Positions 37,700-49,976 of a DNA stretch of 64,000 nt are shown here, in pieces; the first letter of the stretch is position 1, and every line of letters starts with the position of its first letter. Made by a program: the position numbers and the translations under genes. The DNA is from Bilabrum cf. latius (Eukaryota). Under the pieces are notes generated by a model, which worked only from the letters and a program-made list of their open reading frames with translations, had not been told where the DNA came from and ran no database searches. Location: positions 496,001 to 560,000 of the forward strand of contig OZ237773.1 in the NCBI GenBank assembly GCA_965178125.1, in the 5' to 3' direction.

Positions 37700-39450
37700 G
37701 CAGTGCATTGTGAGGAACTTTCGTGGTTTGGTTCGATTTTTTTTCCCACGTGCAGCATATTTGAGGCCACTCGTAGAGCCACTTTCCATCATTTAAGCCA
37801 CAATCTATCCACAGAATTGTTAATATCAACTATATTTACATCTTATCACGGCACTAATATTGATGCTGCGCAGATCGAAAGCGTATTTCTGGACCAGCCA
37901 GTAGGTCCTGCCCTGGGCGGCAAGATCGCTGTCCTGTACATGAACATTTTGTCCCTCTAACCCGCCTACAACACATGCAATATTCTCATAGAATCAAATG
38001 GGGCGCTGCATATTTACCGCATCCGGATTTTAGGCTCATAAATGGACCAGCCACAACTGCTTCTCCAAACTGCAATCGCGTACCTGTAGCTCTAATAGAA
38101 GTGTTTCTACACTAAATGACCATCTCGTGGAGATATTTATATACTTTAAAATAAATCGTGCCATCATGAAGTGATTTGCTTCATACGGCGTCGCTTTTCA
38201 AGGCAATGATCGACCTGCGAGATTGAACTCTATGCTGCTGTCTAGCGCATTCATCTTGTGTCCAGCAGACTCATATTGCAGATATATCGATAACTCAGAG
38301 TATATTTCGTCATATTAGATCTACAATGCACCATTGTACGGTCCAGCTGGTGAATTCAGAGTGAAGTGGTGACGATTTTTTTGGCTGTAGCTGCCGTCAA
38401 ATAATCGATATTGGGTGTAACACCAGCTAATTACATAAATAAATAATATTTAAGTTGTATTATGCCAATGATTATCACGTGTAGGCCTTCAGAAGCACTC
38501 GAGGGTGGTGTCCAGTGTCGTCGCAAGGATCCAGTGCTCCGACCGGATGTCCAATAGATGGGCCACATACGGATTAAATGGCCACAAAATGGATTTGCAT
38601 GCTTATTAGCTACAGCAATTGGGGATGCAGTAGTCGGTGATACAAGTATGTGGTGTGCAAGCGGTAGATTATTTGAAGTGTCGTACTGGCACGAAGTCCC
38701 GATTTCTACCAAACAAACGGCACATTTCATATTATGGCCATCGTTGTGGTATGTAAATACTAACATTATACCTATTCAGCATAACGTAAGATATTTTACT
38801 GTAACGTGAATCGAGCAATACACGATTGTCCATCTTCATACAGCCACGCCAATCTCGTTGTTGTCTTCGAAATATGATTCATTTACTCCCACACTGCCGA
38901 GATTATGAATAACTAAGTACATTTCTTTAGTTTGGTGGCAGCGATCATGCACGTCACGTTTGGAACTGCAGTATGTGCAGCTCCGGTTGCAGATCAGTTT
39001 CAGCCGAGCCGCGTGCGTAGACTAGCACCTAAATTGAGAATGATATGCACAGTCTGGCGAGCTTCCTGTATTGCAGAATACATGAATATATAGCAGAGCC
39101 GATAAATTCATCAGTTTAAGGCTGGATACTTGCATGAACTCAACCGGGGCTTGCGCGGTGCCATGGGTTCAACCAAGCCAGTCATAGGTGCTATGCAACT
39201 GAAAGTTGCCAAACCCACATTTTTATATCAATATATACCAGATGGGACAGAAGGAATTTCGACATCGTCAGAATCAAGCAGCCCATTGGCGCCTATGCTA
39301 TTTGTTCAAAAAGCTCCAGCGTACTCACGCCATATTTCTGGACACAAACAACACGAAAGCCAGCGCAATAAATAAATACGTCATATTTAATTTCATCTAT
39401 AGCAGTTTTGGCGATGAACTGTCACTGTTGGTCGGGTGAATTGCAAAACG
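37700..39450 (-). mobile_element. AT-rich island, probable decayed Ty3/Gypsy LTR-retrotransposon pol relic
   Basis: Abrupt GC drop and stops in all frames. Minus-strand remnants in Gypsy order: RWTIVYCSIHVTVKYL (end of RNase H region), HANPFCGHL (integrase zinc finger), EGLHVIIIGI..KYYLF..ATAKKIV (integrase core). No LTRs seen. Confidence 0.4.
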
Positions 39451-39567
39451 GGGGATTTTTCCCGGGATTTTTCCCAGACTGGCACAACCTGACGAGTGCC
39501 TGTGAACCGGTCCTGGCTGATCTGCTGATGGCGCAAGCGCGAAAATCACATGCAAAGCAAACTATGA

Positions 39568-42500
39568 TTACTCCAGCGTGGCCAGGTGCACTGCAGCCCC
39601 CAGGTGCGCCGAGTCATGCTCCCGCAGCACCGCCTCCAGGTCCCGCCTGGCCGCGTCCTTGCGCCCGAGCCCGGCCTGGCCGAGCCCCCGGAGGAACTTG
39701 CATAGGCAGCGGTTGGCCGCTCCCAGGTCGGCCTCGAACACGAGGAACTCGGGCAGCGACACCGCGAAGAAATCGATCTCGGGCCTGTCCCCCTCGTGGT
39801 TGTCTCCGAAGTCAACCAGCCCCTGGAAGCTGCGCCGCGCCCCCGACTCGTCCCCCAGGGCCCTCCTGGCCAGCCCCTGGTAGAACTGCATCTCCGGGGG
39901 CTGGTCGTTGTAGTACATCTGGCCGCCGCTCACCTCCTCCTTCCCCTCGGCAGCCCGCCCCAGAGCCGCCCTCGCCTCCTGCTCCTGGCCCAGCCCACGG
40001 AGCGCCATGCCCCGCAGGTAGTCCACCACGTTCTCCCTGTGCCCCGGCAGCTTGCCCTCGCCCAGACTCTCCGGCCAGTGGTCCGTCAGCGCCAGCAGCT
40101 CCAGCGCCCGCCGCATCCCGGCCTTACCCCCCTCTTTCATCGCCTCCCGCGCGAGCCCCGCCACGGCCCACGTGAACTGAGCGGGTACCTTGCCCTCGCC
40201 CCCCTCCCAGGGCCTGAACTGCCGGCTCAGCACCAGGTCCAGCGCGTCCTGGTGTCTCCCCAGCCGGTTGAGCAGCGAGACCTGCTCCACGCACAGGTCG
40301 TCTCTCGAGGAAACCAGCGATGGGTGCTGCTGCAGGCGAGCCAGTCTCGTAGCAGGTGCCTCCTTGCGGCGCTTGGCCAGCTGGTCCAGCTCAAAGAGCA
40401 CACGCGCGTCATTGGGCGCCAGCTAAAAGGCCTTCTTCAGGCACTTCCACCCGGCCTCGTCGTCCTTGCTCACATTCACGAGGGCCAGTCCCAGGTTCCT
40501 GTGGGCCGTGGGCAGGCCCTCAGGGTCCCTCCTCACGGCCTCCCTCCAGCAGGCCATGGCCTGGTCCTTCTGCAGCCGGTCCATCCACAGGTTGCCCAGC
40601 TGGTACGGGGCCCGCCCGTCCTCGGGGCTCAGCCTCACGGCCTCCTCCAGCACCACCACATCCTCGGTTTTGTTGGGGAACACGGCCCCAACGGGGGCGC
40701 GGGCAGCGGCCTTGAGTTGCACATCCGCACGCTCCTCGAGCCCCGCCTCCCGCAGCACAGAGGCGAGGTGGTACCGCACCAGGCCCTCTGCATCTGCAGC
40801 TGCGGGCTGCACGAAGGGGGGCAGCTCGCCGCCCGTGCCCCTAGCGCGACCAGGCCCGCCGCAGTGGGAGTCCACCCACATCTCCAGCACCCGTGCAGCT
40901 GGGCCCAGCCTCCCCGCGGCCCTCAGGTCCAGTGCAAGCTCCGTCAGCGAGTTCCAGTCCATGCGGGACCTGGCCCTGAAGGTGGCCCAGCTCTCCTCCC
41001 CGGCGCTGCACAGCTCAAACAGCACGCCAAGGTTGAAAGGGTCCCTTCGGAGCTCCTTGCGAGCCAGAGCCAGGGCCTCCTTGCGCTGATCGGGAGAACC
41101 CGCCTCTAGCAGAAGCGCCACCAGGAGGTGCGTGGCGCGCCCGTTGTTCGAGTTGCGCTCCAGGCACATGCGCGCCATCTCCATCGCGTGCTCAGCGGGG
41201 GTGCAGGGAACAGGGGGGTCGCACGCCCCGCGAGCCGCCAGCCGAGCCAGCTCCAAGTAGGCGGGCTCCTGCCACGCGCTGCACCAGGCCGCCTTCCACA
41301 GGGCAGCCATAGCCTCTGCCTCCCGCGCGGCCCTCTTGGCGCTGCTCTCGCCCTCCAGCCGGCTCCTCTCCAGCCGCTGCTGGATGCATCGCCCCAGCAA
41401 AAAGTGGGCCTCGCCCTCTGCAGGGTTCCGGTTGTGCCTCGTCAGGCGGGTCACGGCCTGCCGCAGCAGAGGCTCTGCATCCCCCGGCCTGCCCCTGCGC
41501 ATGAGAAGCCGACCCAGGGCGGTGTTGCAGCGGCTGTCGCCGGGGTCGCGCCGGAGGGCCTCCCGGTAATACGGCTCCGGGTCCCTGGTGGCGTGTCGGT
41601 ACTGCTCCAGGTGCTGCCCAGCGAGGTAAAGGTCCTCCGTGGAGCCCAGGGTGGAGGGAGGACCGATCGGGCGGGCGGCATCGGGGGTGTCCGCGAGAGC
41701 CTTGGTGGGGTCCACGGCGGTGGCCTGCCCGGGGAGGGGCGCATCGGTCGGCTTGGGGGAGTAGGCCACCAGTTCCCGGCCTGCTGCCAGCACGCGCACT
41801 TCCAAGGCATCCTCGCTGGTGCCTGCAGGGAGGCTGGCAGTTGACTCGAAGGGGGCGGCGGGTGTGGCCCCCTGCCAGACCTCGTCCATCAGCACCTTCC
41901 CGGTGGTCCCGTCCTTGAGCTCAACGCGCACCTCAGGGTGCGACGATGTCACGTGCGCGCGCACCGTGGCTCGCCTGCCACTGCCCTTGCCCTTGTTCCC
42001 GGTGCTCATTTCCAGTCCAACGCAGGCCGCTGCAGTCGCGTTGGCCAGCCGCCCCACCCCTCTGTACGGCATAAAGTACTGCGTGAATCTCTTCTCCTCC
42101 CCGGGCTGCAGGAACGTAAAGTCCGGCTGGTTCACGGTGAAGCAGCCGCACATGAGCTCAATGTACGGACCATCCGCGTCCGTCAGGTGCCTGTCCCAGG
42201 CCCTCCCAAAGTCCGCGTGCCCCCAGGTCCACTGCTTCTTGCCCGGGGCCACGTGCCTGTTGGCCACGTGCAGCAGCCCCGCCTGCTTGCCGTGGTCGTA
42301 GGCGCCCACAAAGTTGTAGTCGCTGTAGTAGGCCATGTAGCTGGTGGGCACAGGCACGTTGGCATATCTCGAGATGTCCGTGCCCCCCCCCGGCGCGGGC
42401 CCCTCCGAGTAGTCTATCTTGTAGTACTCCCCCCTCGCGATCGGGAAGGTGCTCACGTCTCGCTCACCGTGGTCCATCACGGCCGTCACGTCCAGCGGAA

Positions 42501-43568
42501 ACATGGACTGGTGGTGCTTGTCCACGTGGAAGGCGGGGTTGGCCCACCACAGGAAGGACTGCCTCTCGTCGGACCGGTTGTTGAGCCGGGCACTGACCTC
42601 GATCACGCTCGAGTCGGGCCGCAGGGTGATCGCGTGGGTGCCGCGCATGCGCTGCATGCGATCCAGCTCACTGCAGTAGCAAGTCACGGAGCCGTCTGGG
42701 TGTTCCTCAATCTCGTAGTCCACGGGGCCGTATGTGTTGGGGCGGTGGTGCTGTGGGTAATTGAACTCGATGCCCCCCGAGATCCAGGGGCCCGCGAGAC
42801 CGACGAGGGCGGGCTTGATGACCTTGTTGTGGTACACGAAGTCGTAGTCGTTGGTCTTGTCCCGAGCCATCTGGATGCGCCCGCCCAGCTGCGGGAGGAT
42901 CATGACCTTGACGAGGTCGTTCTCCAGATACACGGCCTCCCACTCCCGGTCCCGCTTGCTGCCCTCGATCGAGTCCACGACGGGGTGCGGGTACACTTTT
43001 CCGCTTGACCCTTGGTATACCCGCTTCTCAAGAAACATGGGGTTTGGTGATGGTGCACCGATTCCATACGTGGGGATGCGCACGGTTTCCTTCCAAATCT
43101 GCGACGGGCATTGGTCAAGATTCGAAGTGAAGCGCTGATGTCGATGCAGAAACCAGTTGAAGTCCTTCACGTACACAACTCAGGTCATGGCCACGACAAC
43201 AAAACAGAAGCAATAAAATTATACCCTTCATAAACACGCGCGCTTACTTTGGCTGGGGATCCTCCCGTGCGATCTTTCGACACGCTGCTGCCAGCAGCGG
43301 ACGGAGTGTCGTAGGGTCCGGGGTTCGAAGCGGACTAACAATGTATCGCAGATCCCGCCCCCAAAGCTGCGAGTGCCCATAGCATGATAGACAAATCCTA
43401 ACTCTGGGACTTCCAGCTGTCATCTCCGTGCCTCGGAGATGACAACGCTGCTGGCGCCAATCGGCAACTATGAACAGATGCAGCTCTTCGCATGCCAGAG
43501 CACACCTGGGCATTAGACATGAGCGCAGACGCAAATTTGCGGGACTTATATATGCTAGAGCGAAACAT
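39568..43568 (-). CDS. YphG-like DUF5107 + TPR protein, ~1283 aa; exons 43568-43248 and 43098-39568
   Basis: IPTY...PMFLEKRVYQGSSG, KPALVGLAGPWISGGIEFN, APGKKQWTWG, GPYIELM and IDFFAVSLPEF match bacterial YphG-family motifs. Phase-0 GTAAGC..CGCAG intron; TAG at 40423 plus two in exon 1; ends TAA. Exon 1 is inferred. Confidence 0.85.
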
Positions 43569-43795
43569 AACCAAAGCAACCGCGAGTCACGCCCAAATAT
43601 ACGATTGGACGCGTCACCGCTGGATCCTGTGCGTCAAGAGTTTTGGCTCCGATTCGTGAGCTCCAGCGCCGCCAGCGTGCGTGCCTGCAGTGCAGGCGTG
43701 GCCCTGTGGGCAGCACATATTCGTATTTGAGTAAAGCACACCGATCCAGAGTCAAAAAGTTAATGCTGCAGGCAAATCCACGCAACCAAATGCGC

Positions 43796-44604
43796 TCAGT
43801 CTTCCAGCGTCTTCTGTGCAGAGCGCCTAGCCTTCCGGTTGAATGCCTTCCGGTCCTCCCTCCACTGCTTGGCCGCGTCGATATTCGCGGGGGACGAATC
43901 GTTCGGGTCACCTAGCATGGAAATGACGGACATGAGCACTGCCTCTACGCTGAGGATGGGCCTCCAGCGCTCCTCGGCAGTCTCGAGCTCGTTGAAGCGG
44001 TCCGTGCCGGGGGCATGCAGGATCGAGATACACACCTTGCCGTCCTCGTACACGTTCGGGTGCCAAATATCGCTAGTAAACTGGAGAGTGGGCGGCATGG
44101 AGGGGAAATCGTCGGGGAATGTCAGCTTGGCGGCGAAGAGGCCTCCCTCGCTGCGGAGAATGGGGTGGCGGAAGACATCAACAATCGTCCAGCAACTTGA
44201 ATCGAACCGGGGCAAGTACTGATTCTACTAAAATCATCTCACTATGGGGTGCCAGGCGGGCCTTGCAAGGTCACATCCCACTCAAAAATATTGTCTTCCT
44301 TTGCGCCGACGTTGATGAAATCAGGGGCGTCCTTCGTTAGCTCTGCGATTTGCCAGCAACAGATACAACAGATAGAACAGCACGTACATGTGCAGCGGAT
44401 CTGATCCTAAGTAGACAATTGCGCGCCAAACAATGATAAGTTTGATGGGCCCACAATTCAACTACACGGAGCAGCTCAGCTCTCACCCTTCAGTTGCCTA
44501 GCCAACAAGGTGGCAGCGTACGCCTTCGAGCTACCAGATGACGCCTTGCTGGATCCTCCGCTGCCTGCTCCACCGCCGGCACCACTGCTAGCAATTCCAG
44601 CCAT
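43796..44604 (-). CDS. UBC7: Ubiquitin-conjugating enzyme, Ubc7/UBE2G family; 2 introns
   Basis: LLARQLKEL, NIFEWDVTLQGPPGTPYEGG, WHPNVYEDGKVCISILHAPG with the acidic-loop insertion, AEERWRP. No TAG; ends TGA. Confidence 0.88.
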
Positions 44605-44873
44605 TGTATCGCCTGACTGTCACACAGAACCGGGAACGCAACTGATAGAACGTATTAGAGCGGTACAATCAGCATATGAGCTTACACAAAATAATACTAA
44701 TATCACATCAGGCAATTATCGCGAATTCCTCACAAGAATCAGGATTTATTTGAGTTTGGTGGTTTTGCTCGCTCAAGCTGTTCATGTGACGAATATACCA
44801 CATTTTCTACTCAACAAATCCGCCGGCCCGAAAAGTAAGCATCCAAGGTTGCTGATCGCGGTAGGGTTGTGTG

Positions 44874-45287
44874 ATGCCTTGCTATAGATTATTGGCTTAT
44901 ATGAGACCAGAGTCAGCGCCAACGTCGCTTGCAAAGTCATTCAGGCAGGTGGCCAAGCTTGTGTACAGGGAAAAAGGGTAGTTTCGAAGAGTGAAGAACC
45001 TTGGAGTCCGCCCGCTTTCATTTCCGCTGAAGAGGGAGAAAGAATTGTTTGATGATGCTAGATTTGTGGAGTGCACCTACGATGTTGCACCGGATGGACT
45101 CAAAGAGGTGGAAAGGACGCTACGGTCGGACCCCCAGGTGCTCCGCTACATGCACTTCAGAGACACGTCAAAACTGGCGGAATTCCGTAGAGGGCCTGCG
45201 AAGAGAAAGACTAAGCCCGTCACTGCATCGATGGTAGCCAAGGGAAGGTTGTTTAACCCAGAAACAATGAGAGTGGAGCCGCTGTGA
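44874..45287 (+). CDS. Ribosomal protein bS6 family, probably mitochondrial
   Basis: MPCYRLLAYMRP...G(TAG 44979)FRRVKNLGVRPLSFPLK...LRSDPQVLRY fits the S6 pattern; ends TGA. Confidence 0.8.
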
Positions 45288-45366
45288 TGACTCTATGCCT
45301 CCGAAGGCCTACATGAATAGATTTCCTGGTGCAACATGATAATCCATCGATGGCCTGCAAACCGTT

Positions 45367-47112
45367 TCATCTCTTTCGTCGCGCCTCATGACTGGTTCCA
45401 ACTGCACCCATCAGGGGTGACGATGCCTCCCGCGGTCCCACCAACGCGCTCGCTGCTGCGGCGTCCGTGACCGCAGTGTACCCTAGCCCAAGGAACACCA
45501 CGACAAACAGGATAGAGGCGATCATCTCAGCGCCTACCGCCAGCCTCGTGTACCACCCGCTGGGGTACACAGATCCGTACCCAGTCCCGGTGAGCGTGGT
45601 CACGGAGAAGGCCAGCAGGTAGGGCACCAGTCTCGAGAAGGAGGGCACCTGCACGGGGGGCGGCTGGGCGTCCTCTCCGACACGGGGGTCGTCCGCGACA
45701 CCTCCACCGTCCGGGTCTTCTGGCTGCAGCCTGGGATGCGGCTGCCGGTGGTGCCCGTCGTCCATTGCGAAGGCGGGCTGCTGCGGCGCCACAAGGTACA
45801 GTCCCACGTAGAGCGTCCCGAAGAGCAGTGCCACCGTGGCCCCGGACTCGAGCAGAAACCGGACCCCCAGTGCCCTGAGTCCCCTGCGCTGGAGAGACAC
45901 GCAGCACGGCACACGACAGCAGCGACCTCCTTGCGCTGCAGAGTTGCCCCGCTTCACCGGCCCAGTGCCCTGCTGCCTGGATCCCAGTCCCGATGCACCG
46001 GGGCCTAGAAGAGCAGAGCCCTCCCCCACACCACTCGCCACCCCCGGCCCCGCCCCCTTGCCCAGACTTCCAATCAGCGCCCATACAAGCCCCACAAACC
46101 AGCCAGTGCTAGCCAGCTGCAGGCAGGTCCACACCGCCAGCATGCCTCCGGACACTTGCCCGCTCTGCAGCGAACGGTCCGCCCCCATGCCCGCCATGGC
46201 TCCCAGCTGCACAAGCGCCAGTGGCGCGGCCACCAGCAGGGGGTGCTCGGGGACCGCCTCCAGGGCTGTCCCTGGCCCACACGTGCACGAGCACGGCCGC
46301 TCCCAGCACCGCCACAGGCTGGGTGCGGATTCGGCGAGTGTTATGCTCGGACCCGACTCCGAGCCCCGTCTCCGGGCCGCCGCTTCGTCTGGCCCCGGGG
46401 CTACTACCAGCCCGCCCGTGGAGGCCATTCCCGGCGGGGTGTCCACGCCTGGTGCACTCGTGCCATATCCAACAGAACTAGAGGCCTGAAGAGACCCGTA
46501 TCCCTGCCGAACAGGTGCTTGACGATCTGCAGGTGGAGCAAGGCTGCCGATCGGAACCGCAGTATCTTGGTCCGTCTCGGTTGGCTCATCAGGCACCGGT
46601 TCCTGTTCTCCACCATCGGTCAAGGACTGAATAGACTATGATATGATTCCAACCGAATACAATACGCCGCTCATGGTCTGCAGGCCTGCAATGGCTCTAG
46701 CTGCAATACTCGACGGAGCGCATGCACCATAGCCCACGAGAGTCTAAATCGTTACTGACAGGAAATAGAAGGAGGTTGGATCGTCTTCCGCATCCCTCGC
46801 AAGAAGTGGGCGGTCAAAAGAAAAAGCTGTACTGTCCAATTGTGCACAGAGCAGGTATAATCCACCGAAAGCTAGCAGAGTCGATGCGTAGTACATCAGA
46901 GCACTCGACAGCGAAGGCAGTACTCCTCGAAACACCAGGCCTATTGTTGCTACTGATAATAGAATCCACTGCATGCACGTAATCGCAAACATTGCTCCAT
47001 AGCCCCTGTCCAAAAGGGCAGTCACGCACACGAGTGCAACCTGGAGAAGGAATGAGGACACTAGAAGGACCTGCGCTCCGATGAATAGATGCAAACCATG
47101 GCTTTCGCTCAT
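45367..47112 (-). CDS. Potassium-channel-like protein with two pore domains
   Basis: Pore 1 FYFLSVTI(TAG 46744)TLVGYGA; pore 2 FSVTTLTGTGYGS; second TAG 46636; ends TGA. An in-frame upstream ATG exists at 47160. Confidence 0.82.
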
Positions 47113-47286
47113 TTGGCTCGAGAACTGAGCGCCATGCTACCGACTAAGGGTGTTTGGCATGCGCCTGGCTGCTCTCCGCCGAGTCCGAAGGCGCCGCGCA
47201 CTGCAGCGTGCGCAATGGTTCCGCTTTCCCGCAACTGCAACTGCAAGTGCCACAAAACAGTCTAGATCTAGTCTTTCAAACCTAAC

Positions 47287-48455
47287 ATGCGGACGCTGGC
47301 TCTGCTCCTCGGTTCAATTGTAGTCAGTGCATACGCAGCTACCCTAGGAGTGGTTTCGGTCGACAAATATACCATTCACAAGGTGAGACAAAGGAAGATC
47401 CCAACAAGTGGCCCAACTGGCCAGGTGGCACACTCTCATGCCAAGCAGGATGCGCATGCCAGGGCGCAGTAGATCACGGTACCATGCCTCATGTACTACA
47501 TACATGCAAATTGATCCGATGCAAGCGTTAGGTAGGCTCTGCGAAGCAGTGTCCGTGAGGCCCGTCTTCCTGCAGGCCACGTGGCTCCCTGGCAGGGTGG
47601 GACGGTCTGAGCCTTCCTCCCTGATTTCTAAGTCGAAACATGCGCAGCGTTGTGTAGTTTCCACTATGTTCTCTTGGGTTTTATCTATAAACCCGAACTG
47701 TCAGCCATGGCAATGTGCCACGTGCCACTGCGCCCTCACCCACCACGTGCTGCCGCTGCCACTCGCAGGTGGTCGATGGCTCCCGCAGCGTGCTGCTCAA
47801 GTTGGACACGACCTATCCGTACGGGGAGAAGGAGGACCAGTTCAAAGACCTTGCAAAGAGAGTGGGCGAGGCGGGCGATCGGGCCAGCGACCTGATCGTG
47901 GCCGAGGCGGGCGTGCAGGACTACGGGGACAAGACCAACAAGGAATTAGCGGACCGGATGGGCGTGAGCAAGGATGACTTCCCCGCGTATTTCTTGTTCC
48001 CCAAGGGCAAAACGGCAGACGAAAAGCCCATCAGGTACAGCGGCGAGCCGAATGCCAACGACGTCGCCAGGTTCCTGCGGGCTGAGGCCGGCGTGCGGGT
48101 GGGTCTCCCCGGCACCATCCCTGCCTTGGACGATGCCGCGGGGCACTTCGTGGCTGCACTGGCTGCGGGAGATGCGGAGGGACAGGCAGCTGCACGGACC
48201 GAGGCTGAGGAGGTTGTGGAGGGGCTGGAGGTGGGCAGCGAGGACGTGCGCTTGGGAAAGTACTACCTGGGTGTGATGAGCAAGGCAGCCAAGGCCGAGG
48301 AGTAGGCGACTGGCACCTGGAGCGATGCGGTTAGAAAGGAGCAGGGGCGGCTGCAGCGGCTGCGGGACAGCAAGGGTGTGACTGAGGAGAAGAAGAAGGA
48401 GTTTGGCAGGAAGCTCAACGTGCTTCCGTCCTTCGACGCACCCGCGAAAGCTTGA
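47287..48455 (+). CDS. ERP29: ERp29-like ER protein; exons 47287-47382 and 47769-48455
   Basis: Signal peptide, VLLKLDTTYPYGEKEDQF, VQDYGDKTNKELA. The D-domain end (EQGRLQRL...KLNVLPSF) lies after TAG 48303; ends TGA. Confidence 0.9.
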
Positions 48456-48654
48456 TCCAAATTGGGTCTGGTCTGATCGGATGCTGTGGGTTCTGCTCCT
48501 GGCCCAGAACACGTCTGGCTGCTGGGCATACGAACATTCGATGGAATCCGCAATAATGAACATTGAATGGTACAGATAGGAAGAATTAACCATCTATGGT
48601 ACGCCCTCCGGCCACTGCAAGCGCGGCGCACTCTCCTGCTCCTCTTCGCCCCGC

Positions 48655-49746
48655 TCAGCCGTCGATGTCCTCCTCCTCATCTGCCTCCATAGCAGCATCC
48701 CCTTCACCACCGCCAGACGCAGCCTCGGCCAGTCGCCGGCCCTCTGCCACCGCATGCGCCAGGTTCTCTGGGGGCACCATGGAGAAGGCCCCCGGCTTGC
48801 CGTCCTCGCCAAGCTTGATCCACGCCATCTCCACCTCCATGGGCTTCTCCTTCGAGTCGTCGTGCACCGTGTGCAGCATGCGCGATACGTCAGTGAGGGC
48901 CTCCTCCGATGATTTGCTCCACAACTTGGCCTTCTCGACCTCGGTCTTGCACGTGCGGGCCCCCTTCCCGATGGCGATCCCGAAGAAGCGGTGGTACGTG
49001 CCATCCACCTCCACCATGTACAGCTCCCAGCCAGACGCGCTGCCGTCGGCGCCCTCCTCGCCAGCAGCAGCCTTCTCGGCATCGTATCCTGCTATCAATA
49101 CCTGGGCACCGAACGGCCTGTATCCCCCGCTTGTGGTGTAGGCGTACACCACGTCTGCGAGCTGCTCGGCTAGCATCTTGGGCGGGACTGGCTCGCCCCA
49201 GTTCTTTCGGTGGCTTGAGGCAATCCGCTGGGCGTATAGAACAATCGATCTAGCATCTCCTGCCAATCCCGTGACAACCAGTCCGACGTGCTTGTCGATC
49301 GCAAAGCATCGCCTGTCGCTGCCCTTGACAAGCAGGCGCGATACCCGAAGTTTCTCCACACCCAGCACAACCCCATCTGTGCATCTCACGCCAACGGCAG
49401 TCCTGCAGACTTGAAAATGGTACAAACCAGACGTGCTCATGCTAATAATTACGAAAGGAAATCGTGAATTTTGGATGATGCTCGCTTTGGTTAGATGCTG
49501 GTACATCGAGCTTCCTACAAGAATCTCACCCCGCTGCGTCCACTGCTTTCTGTGCGTATTCCAGCTAAATCACCTTTCCCTCGGGTGAAATCACATTGGT
49601 CGAGTAATCATACTGCGGTGGAAGGCAATCAAGCAAAGTGCTGGCTAGGATTTCAAGTGAGACTTGAGCACAGCTCATTCTTCATGGCACAAAGAAGCGG
49701 GTTGAGAAACCTGTACTATTCTTACTCCTGCGGCTGTACTGGCCAT
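48655..49746 (-). CDS. PSMA3: 20S proteasome subunit alpha7; exons 49746-49726, 49612-49530, 49402-48655
   Basis: MASTAAG|YDYSTNVISPEGKVI(TAG 49565)LEYAQKAV|GTAVGVRCTDGVVLGVEKL, YRPFG, AIGKG, HDDSKEKPMEVEMAW; ends TGA. Confidence 0.92.
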
Positions 49747-49976
49747 ATTATTGGGAGAGTTATAGTACGACCGTGACGGTTCGACCGCGGCGCTTGGGGG
49801 GGCGTGAGCGATCTTGTTCCGCAAATTGCGCGGCGACTGTCCAGCCAGGTTTTGCGTAAAGTACACGGTACATTTATATTGCCTGGCCGATGCTCGGATG
49901 CAAACATTCGCCATTTTTGGCGAACTGGCCGAGTTCTTGATCCTATTTCGCTTGAAATTCTGTAGCCATCAACAAT

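Noticed and set aside
39568-43176. YphG-like gene as bacterial contamination
   Set aside because: It has an in-frame TAG and an apparent spliceosomal intron, and is contiguous with eukaryotic genes of similar composition.
24723-49567. TAG as pyrrolysine, Leu, or Trp through A-to-I editing
   Set aside because: The informative conserved positions are Gln, and internal repeats show Gln codons. U-to-C editing cannot be excluded without RNA data but is less parsimonious.
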